DNA of 64,000 nt from an uncultured Spirochaetota bacterium (GTDB lineage Bacteria; Spirochaetota; Spirochaetia; SZUA-6; CAVTHK01), in NCBI GenBank assembly GCA_963734495.1, contig CAVTHK010000006.1:32001-96000 (forward strand), read 5' to 3'. Position 1 is the first letter of the stretch. Each line of letters opens with the position of its first letter. The position numbers and the translations under genes were made by a program. Below are positions 52,568 through 62,774 of the stretch, piece after piece. Below the pieces are notes generated by a model. That model was not told the origin of the DNA, did no database searches, and worked only from the letters and a program-made list of their open reading frames with translations.

Positions 52568-54728
52568 ATGAGCGTCCCCAGTCGCCGCCGCAGAGCTGAC
52601 CTTCGCAGACCGCATCCGACTGCTGCGCGAGAAGAAGATCCGCCAGACGCAGGAGAAGCTCGCGAAGAACGGCCCGATGGACGAGGACGATTACGGGACC
52701 GTCCTTCCGCCCGAGGGCTTCGTATGGAAGCCGATCCCCAACCATGCGAACGGCAGCTTCTACGGGCTCGACGGCTGGGCGCGCAACTTCCGCTCGCTCA
52801 TGGAGTGCCACCCGACCTACGTCGACCCGCTGGACGCGCTGGCCGGGCGCTGGATGGTCTTCATGTCTCGCCTGCGGCCGGTCAAATGGAAACCGGAGCT
52901 GGACTACTCGCGCCTCAAGCCGTACCACGAGCTCTACGGCATCATCCCCGGGATCGGAGCGGACAGCCACTTCGCGCCCGACTACCGCATCGGTCTCGAG
53001 CTCGGCTGGGGCGGCTTGCTGGATCGGGTGCGCCGATGCCGCGCCGCCCGGGGAGCCGACAAGGCCGCGTTCTACCAGGCCGAGGAGGACACGATCCTCG
53101 GCGTGCAGAGCTGGATCAGGCGCACGGTCGCCGCGATTCGCGAAGCGGAGTCCCGCGAGCCGCGGCCGGAGCTGCGGCGGAACCTCCGCGAGATGGCCGA
53201 CGTCAACGAGCGCCTGGTGAGCGGCGCGCCGCGCACGCTTCGCGAAGCCTGCCAGTGGATCGCCTGGTACAACATGGCCTCGCGCACGTACAACCGCGAC
53301 GGGGCCGGCGGCCAGCTCGACGAGCTGCTTCGCCCCTACTACGAGCGCGACCTCGCGGCGGGGAGAGTCGACGACGAGGAGGCGACCTTTGTCTTCGCCT
53401 GTCTTCTCCTCAACGACGCGCACTACTACCAGATCGGCGGGCCCGGCCCCGACGGCCGCGACGTGACGTCGAAGGTCTCGTTCCTCATCCTCGAGGCCGC
53501 CCACCGCATGGGCGTCTCCGCGAACCTCACGATCCGCGTGCACGAGGGCCTCGACAACGAGCTCTTCCTCAAGAGCGTCCGCCACCTGTTCGAGGACAGG
53601 CTCGGCTGGCCGCGCTACTCCGGCGACAAGGCGCTCGTCGACGGGTTCATGCGCAACGGCTATCCGGCCGAGCTCGCGCGCAGCCGCATCGCGGTCGGGT
53701 GCCACTGGATGGCGATCCCGGGCCGGGAGTACACGCTCAACGACTGCGTCAAGATCAACATGGCGAAGGTGTTCGAAGCCGCGTTCTCGGAGCGGGGCGA
53801 GCGCACGGTCGAGGCGCTCTGGCGCCGCTTCGAAGCCCACCTCGAGCGCGCGGTGGCGGTCGTGGCGGAGGGGATCGACTTTCACCTCGCGCATCAGAAG
53901 GACAACAGCCCCGAGCTCATGCTGAACCTCCTCTGCCGCGGGCCGATCGAAAAGGGCGTCGACGTCACCGACGGCGGCGTCGAGATGTACAACATGTGCG
54001 TCGACGGGACCGCGCTCGCCACGGTCGCGGACTCGTTCGCCGCCGTCGAGCAGCGCGTCGAGCGGGAGCGCCGCCTGAGCTGGGACGAGCTGGCCGCGGC
54101 GCTCCGCCGGGATTTCGCCGGCGTCGAGGGCGAGCGCGTGCGCCTGATGCTCCGCGCGAGCGAGCGCTACGGGCAGCCCGGTTCGCTCGGCGAGAAGTGG
54201 GCGGTGCGCCTCTCGCGCCGGTTCACCGAGCTCGTCAAGGCCGGGCCCACGCCGGGCGGCCGCATCATGATCCCGGGCTGGTTCAGCTGGTCGAACACGA
54301 TCGCCATGGGGAAGGTCGTCGGCGCGACGCCTAACGGAAGGCATGCGGCCGCCCCGATCTCGCACGGCGCGAACCCCGACCCCGGCTTCGCCCGCGACTC
54401 CGCGCCGACGCTGATGGCGCGGGCTATCGCGAAGATCCAGCCGGGCTACGGCAACACCGCGCCGATTCAGCTCGAGCTCGACCCGGGCGCCGCGCGCGGC
54501 GACGACGGGATCGCGAAGGTCGCGGCGCTCATCCGCACGCACTTCGAGCTTGGCGGGACCCTGTTCAACATCAACGTGATCGACGCGAAGCAGATCCGCG
54601 AGGCCCACGCCGACCCCTCGAAGCATCCCGACCTCGTCGTGCGCGTGACGGGCTTTACCGCCTACTTCGCGGCGCTCTCGCCCGAGTTCCGGCAGCTCGT
54701 GGTCGACCGCATCATCGATGAAGGGTGA
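52568..54728 (+). CDS. Glycyl radical enzyme (PFL-like fold) of unassigned function; likely start 52568 with a 1-nt insertion in the C-run at ~52578
   Basis: Gly loop LVVRVTGFTAYF..LSPE, Cys loop IAVGCHW, GATPNGR..APISHGANP, EACQWI, GQLDELL.PYY..DL. Confidence 0.93.
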
Positions 54729-54732
54729 GCCT

Positions 54733-55935
54733 ATGGAAGAGAGCCGCCTGCGCGCGCTGAGCGCGTCTTTCAGGACCGCGTTGCTCCAGGACACGCTCCC
54801 CTTCTGGATCGACCACTGCGTGGATCGCCGTTACGGCGGCTTCGCGACGTTCGTCGACCGCAGGGGAGAGCCGCTCTCGGGCGACAAGGGCGGCTGGGTG
54901 CAGGGCCGCTTCACGTGGCTGCTCGCGCGGCTGTACAACACGCTCGAGAAGCGGCCCGAATGGCTGGCGCTCTCGCGTCACGGCATCGAGTTCATCGAGC
55001 GCTGCGGCATCTCGCCCGAGGGACGCGTGTACTTCACCCTCACGCGCGAGGGGAAGCCGCTGCGCCTGCGCCGCTACATCTACGCCGAGACCTTTGCCGC
55101 CATCGCGTTTGCCGAGTATGGCCGGGCTGCCGGCGATGCGGCGCGCGTAGCTCGCGCTCGGGCCCTCATGGAGATGGTCGAGCGTTTGCTCTCGACGCCG
55201 GGCGCGCTCGCGCCCAAGTTCTTTCCCGACGCGTTCCAGGCGCGCTCCCACGCCGTCGCGATGATCCGGGTCGCCACCTACCAGATCCTGCGCGAGGCCG
55301 ACCCCGCGAACGCGGCGAATTACAGCGCGCTCATCGACCGCTCGATCGCCGAGATCTTCGACCTGTTTCTCAAGCCCGAGCGGCGGGCCCTGCTCGAGAC
55401 CGTCGGCCCGGGCGGCGAGATGCTCGACGGTCCGGCTGGACGCTGCGTGAACCCGGGCCACGCGATCGAGACCTGCTGGTTCCTGATGACGGAGGCGCGG
55501 TTCCGCCGCGACCGGGCGCTGCTCGAGCGCGCGCTGCCGATCCTCGACTGGTCGCTCGAGCGCGGGTGGGACCCGGTGCACGGCGGCCTCTTCTCGTTCG
55601 TCGACGTCGAAGGCCGCCAGCCCGAGCAGGTCGAGTGGGACATGAAGTACTGGTGGCCCCACACCGAGGCGATCTACGCCACGCTGCTGGCGCACGCGCT
55701 CACGGGCCGCGCTTCCTACGCGGAGTGGTTCGAGCGCGTCCTCGACTGGGCGCTGGCCCATTTCCCCGACCGCGAGCACGGCGAGTGGTTCGGCTACCTG
55801 CACCGCGACGGTTCCGTCGCCATGGACCTCAAGGGCAACAACTGGAAGGGGCCGTTTCACCTTCCGCGCGCCCAGCTCTACTGCGCCCTGCTGCTCGAGG
55901 AGATGATCGGCCGCGGCGTGCCGCTGCCGTTGTGA
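54733..55935 (+). CDS. N-acylglucosamine 2-epimerase (AGE family)
   Basis: LPFWIDH, DKGGWVQGR, NPGHAIE, EWDMKYWWPHTE, GEWFGYLHRDG, KGPFHLPR. Confidence 0.92.
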   Translation: MEESRLRALSASFRTALLQDTLPFWIDHCVDRRYGGFATFVDRRGEPLSGDKGGWVQGRFTWLLARLYNTLEKRPEWLALSRHGIEFIERCGISPEGRVYFTLTREGKPLRLRRYIYAETFAAIAFAEYGRAAGDAARVARARALMEMVERLLSTPGALAPKFFPDAFQARSHAVAMIRVATYQILREADPANAANYSALIDRSIAEIFDLFLKPERRALLETVGPGGEMLDGPAGRCVNPGHAIETCWFLMTEARFRRDRALLERALPILDWSLERGWDPVHGGLFSFVDVEGRQPEQVEWDMKYWWPHTEAIYATLLAHALTGRASYAEWFERVLDWALAHFPDREHGEWFGYLHRDGSVAMDLKGNNWKGPFHLPRAQLYCALLLEEMIGRGVPLPL

Positions 55936-55999
55936 GGCGGGCGCGGCGGGCGCGGATCGCCGAGGTGCTGGCGCGGCTCGAGAAGGCGGAGCCGACGCC

Positions 56000-56365
56000 G
56001 TGAGCGATCTCCTGCGGCAGCGTGCGCGGCGCATACGGGAACAGGCCCTGATCCGGGCATGGGAGTACCGTCAGCGGCACACCAGCCATGGCGTGTGGCA
56101 CCGTCTCCGGCGCGTGCTCGTGGATGCGGCCGAGGCCTGGGTCATCAGTGAAGAGGATGCCGACCGGCTCGAGAGTCGCGGTCATGCTCCCCTGCCTGTC
56201 GGCCGCGAGCTGGAACCTCCCAAGCGAATCTTCTTCGTGACGAAAGACGAGCTGAGCACGCTCTCGGACCGCCGCCAGGTACCGGTACGCCTCTCCCGCG
56301 AGCTTCTGCTTGCGCGCAGCGTCGCGCTGGTCGGTCACCCCGAGGAAGTCTCGCGTTCCCGGTGA
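56000..56365 (+). CDS. Hypothetical protein
   Basis: 121-aa ORF with protein-like composition (RAWEYRQR, VGRELEPPKRIFFV); no family recognised. Confidence 0.55.
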   Translation: MSDLLRQRARRIREQALIRAWEYRQRHTSHGVWHRLRRVLVDAAEAWVISEEDADRLESRGHAPLPVGRELEPPKRIFFVTKDELSTLSDRRQVPVRLSRELLLARSVALVGHPEEVSRSR

Positions 56366-56495
56366 CACGGCGCGGCCGTACGGCGCCGTTCCGGGCGATT
56401 GACACCAACTTTCATATCCTGTATCGAATGCGGTTGATGCGGGCCGCTCGGGCGGCGTCCGCGGGACGCGGTGTGCGGCGTCCGGAGGTCTTGCG

Positions 56496-57143
56496 GTGAG
56501 ACAGAAAGTGCTGCGCCAGCAGCAGGTCGAGGCGCGCCTGCGCGAGTACTGCGGCGAGGTGACCGCGAGCGCTCGCGTCTTCCGCGAGGCATTCGCGGCG
56601 GCCTGCGAAGGCTGCTCCCGGGAGCGGCTCGGCGAGATCTTCGGCCGGCTCCACCGGGCGGAGAGCAACGCCGACGACATCCGCCGCTCGACCGAAACTC
56701 AGATGTACACCGAGGCGCTCTTCCCCGAGTCGCGGGGCGACATCCTCGGCCTGCTCGAGGCAGTCGACCGCGTGCCCAACCACGAGGAGTCCTCGGTCCG
56801 CATGGTGCTGCATCAGCACATCACGATTCCCGAGGAGCTGCGCGCGGATCTGCTGGCGCTCGTGGACGCCTGCGCGCGGTGCGTGGACTCGCTGGTCGAG
56901 GGCGTCAGCCTTCTTTTCAAAAACTTCCTGGCGGCCACCGTCTCGGTCGGCCAGGTCGAGGAGCTCGAGAGCCTGGTCGACCGGCTGGAGGGCGCGCTCG
57001 TCGACCGCATCTTCTCGGGAAGCCTCGACGCGCTTTCCAAGATCCTGCTCCGCGACCTGGTGCAGCGCCTCGGGGGCGTGGCGGACCGATGCGAGAGCGC
57101 CGCGGACCGCATACGGATCATCGTGGCCAAGAGGAGCACGTAA
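56496..57143 (+). CDS. DUF47 / PhoU-like phosphate transport regulator
   Basis: ESNADDIRR, LFPESRGDILGLLEAVD, LESLVDRLE, VADRCESAAD; adjacent to PiT gene. Confidence 0.9.
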   Translation: MRQKVLRQQQVEARLREYCGEVTASARVFREAFAAACEGCSRERLGEIFGRLHRAESNADDIRRSTETQMYTEALFPESRGDILGLLEAVDRVPNHEESSVRMVLHQHITIPEELRADLLALVDACARCVDSLVEGVSLLFKNFLAATVSVGQVEELESLVDRLEGALVDRIFSGSLDALSKILLRDLVQRLGGVADRCESAADRIRIIVAKRST

Positions 57144-57144
57144 C

Positions 57145-58089
57145 GTGCTGCTGGCCCCGGTTCCCCTCGTCGGCGGCGTGTTCCTCGGCTGGGCGCTCGG
57201 CGCCAACGACGCCGCCCACGTGTTCGGCACGGCGGTGGGCGCGAGGATCCTGAAATTCCGCACGGCCAGCATCGTCTGCGCGGTCTGCGTGATGGCCGGG
57301 GCCGCCCTCGAGGGTCAGGGGGGCATCGCGACGCTCTCAGGCCTGACCACGCAGACCACGAGCACGCTCCTGGTCGTGACCGTTTCCGCGGGGATCGCCA
57401 TCACCATCATGACGGTGGCGGGGCTCCCGATCAGCACGTCCCAGGCGATCGTCGGTGCGATCGCGGGGGTGGGGTTGGCGACGCGCAACCTGCAGACCGC
57501 CAGCCTGCTCAAGGTCGTGGTCTGCTGGGTCGCGACTCCGATCGGCGCCATGGTTTTTTCGTTCGTGATCTACCAGGCGCTGCGCGCGGTCATGCGGCGG
57601 GTCCCCATGAGCATCCTCACGCGGGACACCCTGCTGTGGACCGGGCTCGTCGCAGTCGGCGCCTACGGCGCATACGCGCTCGGGGCCAACAACGTGGCCA
57701 ATGCCACCGGGGTCTTCTCGGGCCTCATACCCGGCGTCTCGGACTTCCACCTCGCTCTACTCGGCGGCGCGTCGATCGCCCTCGGAGTCCTCACGATGGG
57801 CAAGAGGGTGTTCATGGCGGTGGGCACCGGCCTGCTGAGGCTGAACGCCTACTCGGCGCTCGTCGCGGTTTCGGGAATGGCCGTCACGACGCACGTCTTT
57901 GCCGTGATCGGCGTGCCGGTCAGCACGAGCCAGGCGATCGTCGGCGGGATCCTCGGCGTCGGCCTGCTCCAGGGTTTCCACGCCTTCGAGTTCCGCGTCC
58001 TGCGCAACATGGCGCTCGGCTGGGTGCTCTGCCCGGCGATCTCTTTCGTGCTTTCAGCCGCGGGATTCGCCATCATCATCGGCGGCTGA
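57145..58089 (+). CDS. Inorganic phosphate transporter (PiT family)
   Basis: GANDAA and GANNVAN signature motifs, PISTSQAIVG and PVSTSQAIVG. Confidence 0.92.
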   Translation: MLLAPVPLVGGVFLGWALGANDAAHVFGTAVGARILKFRTASIVCAVCVMAGAALEGQGGIATLSGLTTQTTSTLLVVTVSAGIAITIMTVAGLPISTSQAIVGAIAGVGLATRNLQTASLLKVVVCWVATPIGAMVFSFVIYQALRAVMRRVPMSILTRDTLLWTGLVAVGAYGAYALGANNVANATGVFSGLIPGVSDFHLALLGGASIALGVLTMGKRVFMAVGTGLLRLNAYSALVAVSGMAVTTHVFAVIGVPVSTSQAIVGGILGVGLLQGFHAFEFRVLRNMALGWVLCPAISFVLSAAGFAIIIGG

Positions 58090-58140
58090 GGAGCGGACGG
58101 CTGAGGCGCGGCGCCGGCTCAGGCGCGGCGCAGCCCCTGC

Positions 58141-58887
58141 TCACCTCGCCTGCTTTGACATCGCGGCCCGCGCGCCCTCGCGGATCGCGTCGAGGCCCTG
58201 GTACGGGCGATCGCCTATGAACGCGACAGGCAGCTGCCTGAGCGCCTGCCCCTGCCCTTCCAGCCGCCGCAGGAGCTGCGGGAGCGTCGCCGCGTCCAGG
58301 ATGCTGTGCCGCGCCAGGCGCAGCACCTTGCCTGCGTGCTGCGCCGCCGAAGGAAGCCCACGCTCCAGGTACTCGTCGCAGTCGCCGCAGCCGGGGTCGA
58401 AGTAGAAATCGATGAGCAGCACCTCGAGCGAATACAGGTCGAGCAACCGCTCCTCGTCGAACTGCGCCTCCATCTTGCGGCACTCGTCGCAGCCCGAGGC
58501 GGCGGAATAGGCGGGACGCGCCGATTCCGCGAACGTCGCCTTGACCACCAGCCGCTGGTTGTCGAGCTCGGGCAGGTTCGACCTGACGAGCAGGTTCCGC
58601 TGCGTCCACGTGTCGCTCCGGTACGGCTCAGGGGTGTAGACAAGCGTCACGTCGCGCGTCTCGCCCGGCTCGAGGACGAGCATGTCCGGCCGGACCTCGA
58701 GGCAGCCGCAGCCGCTCAGCAGGTCGACGCGCGCTATCTTGTCGCGCGACGGGTTCTTCAGCGAGTAGACCGCGGTGACCGGGCGCTCATCCCGAACCAG
58801 GCCCAGGTCGACGATCCCGAGGATGTCGGCTCGACCCGGGGCGGACACGACAAGAACGAACAGCAGCGACGAAACAATCCCGCGCAC
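58141..58887 (-). CDS. Secreted DUF1573 (Ig-like) protein with a C-terminal thioredoxin-like CxxC domain
   Basis: Signal peptide, SGCGCL..LEPGET DUF1573 motif, CDEC linker, FYFDPGCGDC...LPVAFIGD. Confidence 0.65.
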   Translation of the reverse strand: MRGIVSSLLFVLVVSAPGRADILGIVDLGLVRDERPVTAVYSLKNPSRDKIARVDLLSGCGCLEVRPDMLVLEPGETRDVTLVYTPEPYRSDTWTQRNLLVRSNLPELDNQRLVVKATFAESARPAYSAASGCDECRKMEAQFDEERLLDLYSLEVLLIDFYFDPGCGDCDEYLERGLPSAAQHAGKVLRLARHSILDAATLPQLLRRLEGQGQALRQLPVAFIGDRPYQGLDAIREGARAAMSKQAR

Positions 58888-58896
58888 GTCTCGACC

Positions 58897-59868
58897 TCAC
58901 TTGTACAGCCAGCAGTATACATCCCGCTCCGCTTCCGCGCGAACCGGCGTCGGACGCTCGCTCTTGCAGCGCTCCATGACGTGGGGGCAGCGATTCGCGA
59001 ACTTGCACCCCGCGAAGCCATACTCCTTGGTCTCGAGGTCGGACATCTTCTCGCGCTTCGTCCACCTGACGCCGACGTGGGGCACCGAGGCGAGCAGGAG
59101 CTGCGTGTAGGGATGGAGCGGCTTGCGGAGCACCTCCGCCGCCCGGCCGAACTCCACGATGCAGCCGCGGTAGAGGATCACGATGTAGTCGCTGATGTAG
59201 TAGGCGGTGGCCAGATCGTGGGTGATGTAGAGGAAGCTGGTGGCGTAGTCCTGCTTGATCCTGCGGAAGAGGTTCACGATGTTCATCCGCAGGCTCGCGT
59301 CGATCATGCTCACGGGCTCGTCGGCCACGATCAGCTTGGGCTTGGGGATGAGCGCCCGCGCGACCGAGACGCGCTGGAGCTCGCCCCCCGAGAACTGGTT
59401 CGGGTACTTCCCGACGACGTCGTTGTAGTGCAGGCCGACGGAGTGCAGCGCGTCCTCGATCTGCCGCTCAGCCTCTGCGCCCCGCTTCGCCTTGTTTATG
59501 TGAAGGGCTGTGTCGCGGAGGTAGTTGTCCACCCTGCGGTACGCGTTGAACGCCTCGAAAGGGTTCTGGAAGATCGGCTGCACGAGGTGCCTCAGCTCCC
59601 GCACCGTCACGGCGTGGTCGCCGCGCGCCACGATGCGCCTGCCTTCGACCTCGAGGCTCCCGCCGTTCGGCTCGACGAGCCGCAGCAGCACCTTGGCCAG
59701 CGTCGTCTTGCCGCTGCCCGATTCTCCGATCAGGCTCACCACGATCGGCGAGTCGCTCCGCACCTCGAAGCTCACGTCGTCGAGGGCGTGGATCCGGATA
59801 CGGTGGAGGAGGCTCCCCAGAGAGTAGTTCTTGCGCAGGTGGTCGGCCTTGATGACGGTGCGTTCCAC
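58897..59868 (-). CDS. Opp/Dpp-type ABC ATP-binding protein
   Basis: GESGSGKTT, FSGGELQR, VADEPVSMID, GCKFANRCP. Confidence 0.93.
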   Translation of the reverse strand: MERTVIKADHLRKNYSLGSLLHRIRIHALDDVSFEVRSDSPIVVSLIGESGSGKTTLAKVLLRLVEPNGGSLEVEGRRIVARGDHAVTVRELRHLVQPIFQNPFEAFNAYRRVDNYLRDTALHINKAKRGAEAERQIEDALHSVGLHYNDVVGKYPNQFSGGELQRVSVARALIPKPKLIVADEPVSMIDASLRMNIVNLFRRIKQDYATSFLYITHDLATAYYISDYIVILYRGCIVEFGRAAEVLRKPLHPYTQLLLASVPHVGVRWTKREKMSDLETKEYGFAGCKFANRCPHVMERCKSERPTPVRAEAERDVYCWLYK

Positions 59869-59870
59869 GC

Positions 59871-60866
59871 CTACTCCTCGGGGAAAAAGCAGGCCGCTTT
59901 ATGGCCCGGTGCGAGATCTTCGAACGGCGGCTCGTATTCGCGGCACTTCGCCTGCGCCTTCTTGCAGCGGTCGGCGAACCGGCACCCCTGCAGGTTGTCC
60001 CACAGGCTCGGCGGCTTGCCCTCGACGCCCTGCCTCTCGCGGTCGTCGCCGACCTTGGGCAGGCTCTCGATCAGCATCTTCGTGTAGGGGTGGCGCGGCC
60101 GCGAGAAGATCTCCTCCGAAGTCCCGTACTCCACGACCTTGGCGGCGTACATGATAAGCATGCGGTGCGTGAGCTGGTAGTGCACGCCCATGTCGTGCGT
60201 GACGAGAAAGATCGTGTTCCGCATCCTTTCCTGCAGCTCGGCGAGCAGCAGGAGGATGCCCTTCTGCACGACGACGTCGAGCGCCGTGGTCGGCTCGTCC
60301 GCGAGGATGATCTCGGGGTGAAAGAAGGTAGCCAGCGCCACCATGACCCGCTGCCTCATGCCGCCGGAGAGCTGATGCGGGTAGGCGTCGAGCGCCTCGA
60401 CGGGGAGGTCGAGCTCGCGGAAGAAAGCGCGCACCTGGTCCAGGGTCGCCTCCTGCTGCTCCCGCGTCTGGAAGCCCTGGAAATCCAGGAACTGCTTTCG
60501 GATGCGCACGACGGGGTTGAGCGAGCTCATGGAGCTCTGCGGGATGTAGGAGATCCGCTTGAACCAGTAGTCCTTGATGTTCTCCGTCGTGATCGGCTCC
60601 ATCCCGCCCAGGTCGTAGCGGATGCGTCCGCGCGTCAAGGCGAGCGGGTACTGGATGTCGCCGTACAGGAGCTTCATCAGTGTGGTCTTGCCGCAGCCCG
60701 ATTCGCCGGCGATCCCGATGATCTTTTGCGTCTCCACCGAGAGGCTCACGCGGTCGACCGCGTTGACGGTGCCGCGCACGGTCGTGTAGGTGCCGACGAC
60801 GTCCTCGAACGTGATGGCGGGCGCGGCGGTGGCCGGCCGGAACCCGAGCGGCGCGACGGTGCTCAT
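59871..60866 (-). CDS. Opp/Dpp-type ABC ATP-binding protein
   Basis: [35 protein letters not shown]; start MSTVAP at 60866. Confidence 0.92.
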   Translation of the reverse strand: MSTVAPLGFRPATAAPAITFEDVVGTYTTVRGTVNAVDRVSLSVETQKIIGIAGESGCGKTTLMKLLYGDIQYPLALTRGRIRYDLGGMEPITTENIKDYWFKRISYIPQSSMSSLNPVVRIRKQFLDFQGFQTREQQEATLDQVRAFFRELDLPVEALDAYPHQLSGGMRQRVMVALATFFHPEIILADEPTTALDVVVQKGILLLLAELQERMRNTIFLVTHDMGVHYQLTHRMLIMYAAKVVEYGTSEEIFSRPRHPYTKMLIESLPKVGDDRERQGVEGKPPSLWDNLQGCRFADRCKKAQAKCREYEPPFEDLAPGHKAACFFPEE

Positions 60867-61688
60867 CAGTGGCCCCGCCTTTCCGCGAAGTACTGGTTGT
60901 AGCCCGTCGACGTCAGGAACAGCCCGAGGAACAGGAGGCTCGTGGCCACGATCGGCGCCCCGATCCACACGTACTTGCCCGGTCATGATCGCGCTGTAGG
61001 TGATGGCCCAGTAGACGGCGGAGCCGAGCGTCGGGGTCTGTATGGACGAGAGCCCGATGACCGCCAGCGCCGCCTCGGCGTTGATCACCGAGAGGATCGA
61101 GTTGATAAAGGCCACGATCCCGTAGGCGTACACGTAGGGAAAGAACTCCTGCGCGATGATCCGCGCCTTGCTGCAGCCCGAGTACCAGGCCATGTTCACG
61201 AACTCGCGCTCGCGCACCGAGAGCGCGATCGAGCGCGTGGTCCGAGCGCCCCACGCCCACCCGAAGGCGATCAGGATCGGCACGATCGTGATCAGCCCGC
61301 CCTTTCCGCGGATGAGCGAGCTCAGGACGATCAGGATCGGGAAGGTCGGGATCACGATGAACGAGTCGTTGATCAGCATCGCGACCCGGTCGTACGAACC
61401 GCCGAGGTAGCCGGAGCTCAGGCCCACCGCCAGCCCGATCAGGCTCGTGCAGATGCTCACCCCCGCGCCGAGCAGGATCGAGTTGCGGATCGCGAACATG
61501 AGGAACCAGAAGATGTCCTGCCCGAGGCCGTTGGTGCCCAGCAGGTGCTCCCAGCTGATCTTGAGGTACGGCGGGTAGGAGCTCTGCATCGACGGGTCCT
61601 TGGGGCAGAAGAGCGTCAGAACGAAAGCGCACAGCAAGAACACCGCGAGAATGACGACCCCGACCTTGAGCCGGCTGTTCCACTTCAT
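60866..61688 (-). CDS. Opp/Dpp-type ABC permease C (frameshift near 60975 fuses it to the ATPase in the ORF track)
   Basis: HLLGTNGLGQD, REREFV; corrected tail YVWIGAPIVATSLLFLGLFL...RRGH* with TGATG overlap. Confidence 0.88.
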
Positions 61689-61696
61689 CTCGGCAC

Positions 61697-62701
61697 CTAC
61701 TTGTGGCGGATCCGCGGATCGAACAGCGGGTAGACGAGATCGATGACGAACGTGGCCGTCGCGACCGCCACGATGGTCACCGTCAGGCAGCCGTAGAGCA
61801 GGTTGTAGTCCCCCTCGCCGATGGCCCGGCGCATGATCATGCCCATCCCCGGGTAGGAGAACAGCATCTCCGTGATCATCGCGCCGCTGAAGATCGAGCC
61901 CAGAGAGAGGGCCAGCGCCGTGACCTGCGGCAGAATCGCGTTGCGGGCCACGTAGTCGGTCATGATGTGGTTGCCCGGCACGCCCTTGAGCCGCGCGTAG
62001 ACGACGTAGCTCTCCTCCTTGGTGGCGAACGACAGCGCCTTCATCCCGAGGATGTTCCAGCCGAAGCCCGCCAGCACGAGGGCGAGGGCCGGCAGCACGG
62101 AGTTGTAGACGACCTCCCAGACCTTTCTGATCGAGAGCGGCCCCGGCATGATGAGGGTCGTGAGCGGGAACAGCGGGATGATGAACGCCAGGAGGATGAT
62201 GAGAGCCAGCGCAAAGATGTAGTACGGGATCGGGTAGATCAGCACGCCGATGGTCTCGGCGACGGATGCGAACCTCCGGTTGTGGTAGAAGCCCGCGATC
62301 AGCCCGATCAGGTTACCGAGGGTCCACGAGATCACCGTCGACACGATCAGCAGGCCGAAGGTCCAGGGAAGCGAGTTCTTGATGAACCACGAGACCGGCG
62401 TCGGGTAGCCGGAAAGCGAAGGGCCGAAATCAAAGGTGATAAAGACGCGCTTGAGGTAGCCGAGGTACTGCTGCCAGAGCGAGCCCTTGAGGCCGTAGAG
62501 CTCGGTCAGCGCCCCGCGGATGGCGTCCACCTGTTCGGCCGACAGGCTCTGGCCCGCCCGCGACTGCATCTGCGACAGGTAGTTGTCTATCGGGTCGGCG
62601 GGCATCAGGCGCGGGAGGATAAAGACGATCGTGATGCCGATGAACAGCACCCCGAGGTAGGTGGCGAACCGCGTCCCCAGGTACGTCAGAAGGTTCTTCA
62701 A
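61697..62701 (-). CDS. Opp/Dpp-type ABC permease B
   Basis: PRLMPADP, DFGPS, YARLKG, FSYPGMG, DPRIR. Confidence 0.92.
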   Translation of the reverse strand: MKNLLTYLGTRFATYLGVLFIGITIVFILPRLMPADPIDNYLSQMQSRAGQSLSAEQVDAIRGALTELYGLKGSLWQQYLGYLKRVFITFDFGPSLSGYPTPVSWFIKNSLPWTFGLLIVSTVISWTLGNLIGLIAGFYHNRRFASVAETIGVLIYPIPYYIFALALIILLAFIIPLFPLTTLIMPGPLSIRKVWEVVYNSVLPALALVLAGFGWNILGMKALSFATKEESYVVYARLKGVPGNHIMTDYVARNAILPQVTALALSLGSIFSGAMITEMLFSYPGMGMIMRRAIGEGDYNLLYGCLTVTIVAVATATFVIDLVYPLFDPRIRHK

Positions 62702-62730
62702 AGTGTGCCGCCGCCTCCCCGCCGAAGAAA

Positions 62731-62758
62731 GCTGCGGCGGTCTCGCGACCGCCGCAGC
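62731..62758. other. 12-bp stem-loop between the SBP and permease genes
   Basis: GCTGCGGCGGTC-TCGC-GACCGCCGCAGC. Confidence 0.7.
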
Positions 62759-62774
62759 GTCGAGGCGAATCCTA

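Noticed and set aside
56399-56427. Pho box upstream of DUF47/PiT
   Set aside because: The half-site-like repeats are 10 bp apart rather than 11 and are degenerate; only a TTGACA -35 is clear.
59871-61688. Permease-ATPase fusion (605 aa)
   Set aside because: One indel near 60975 explains it; the corrected permease ends at TGA overlapping the ATPase ATG.
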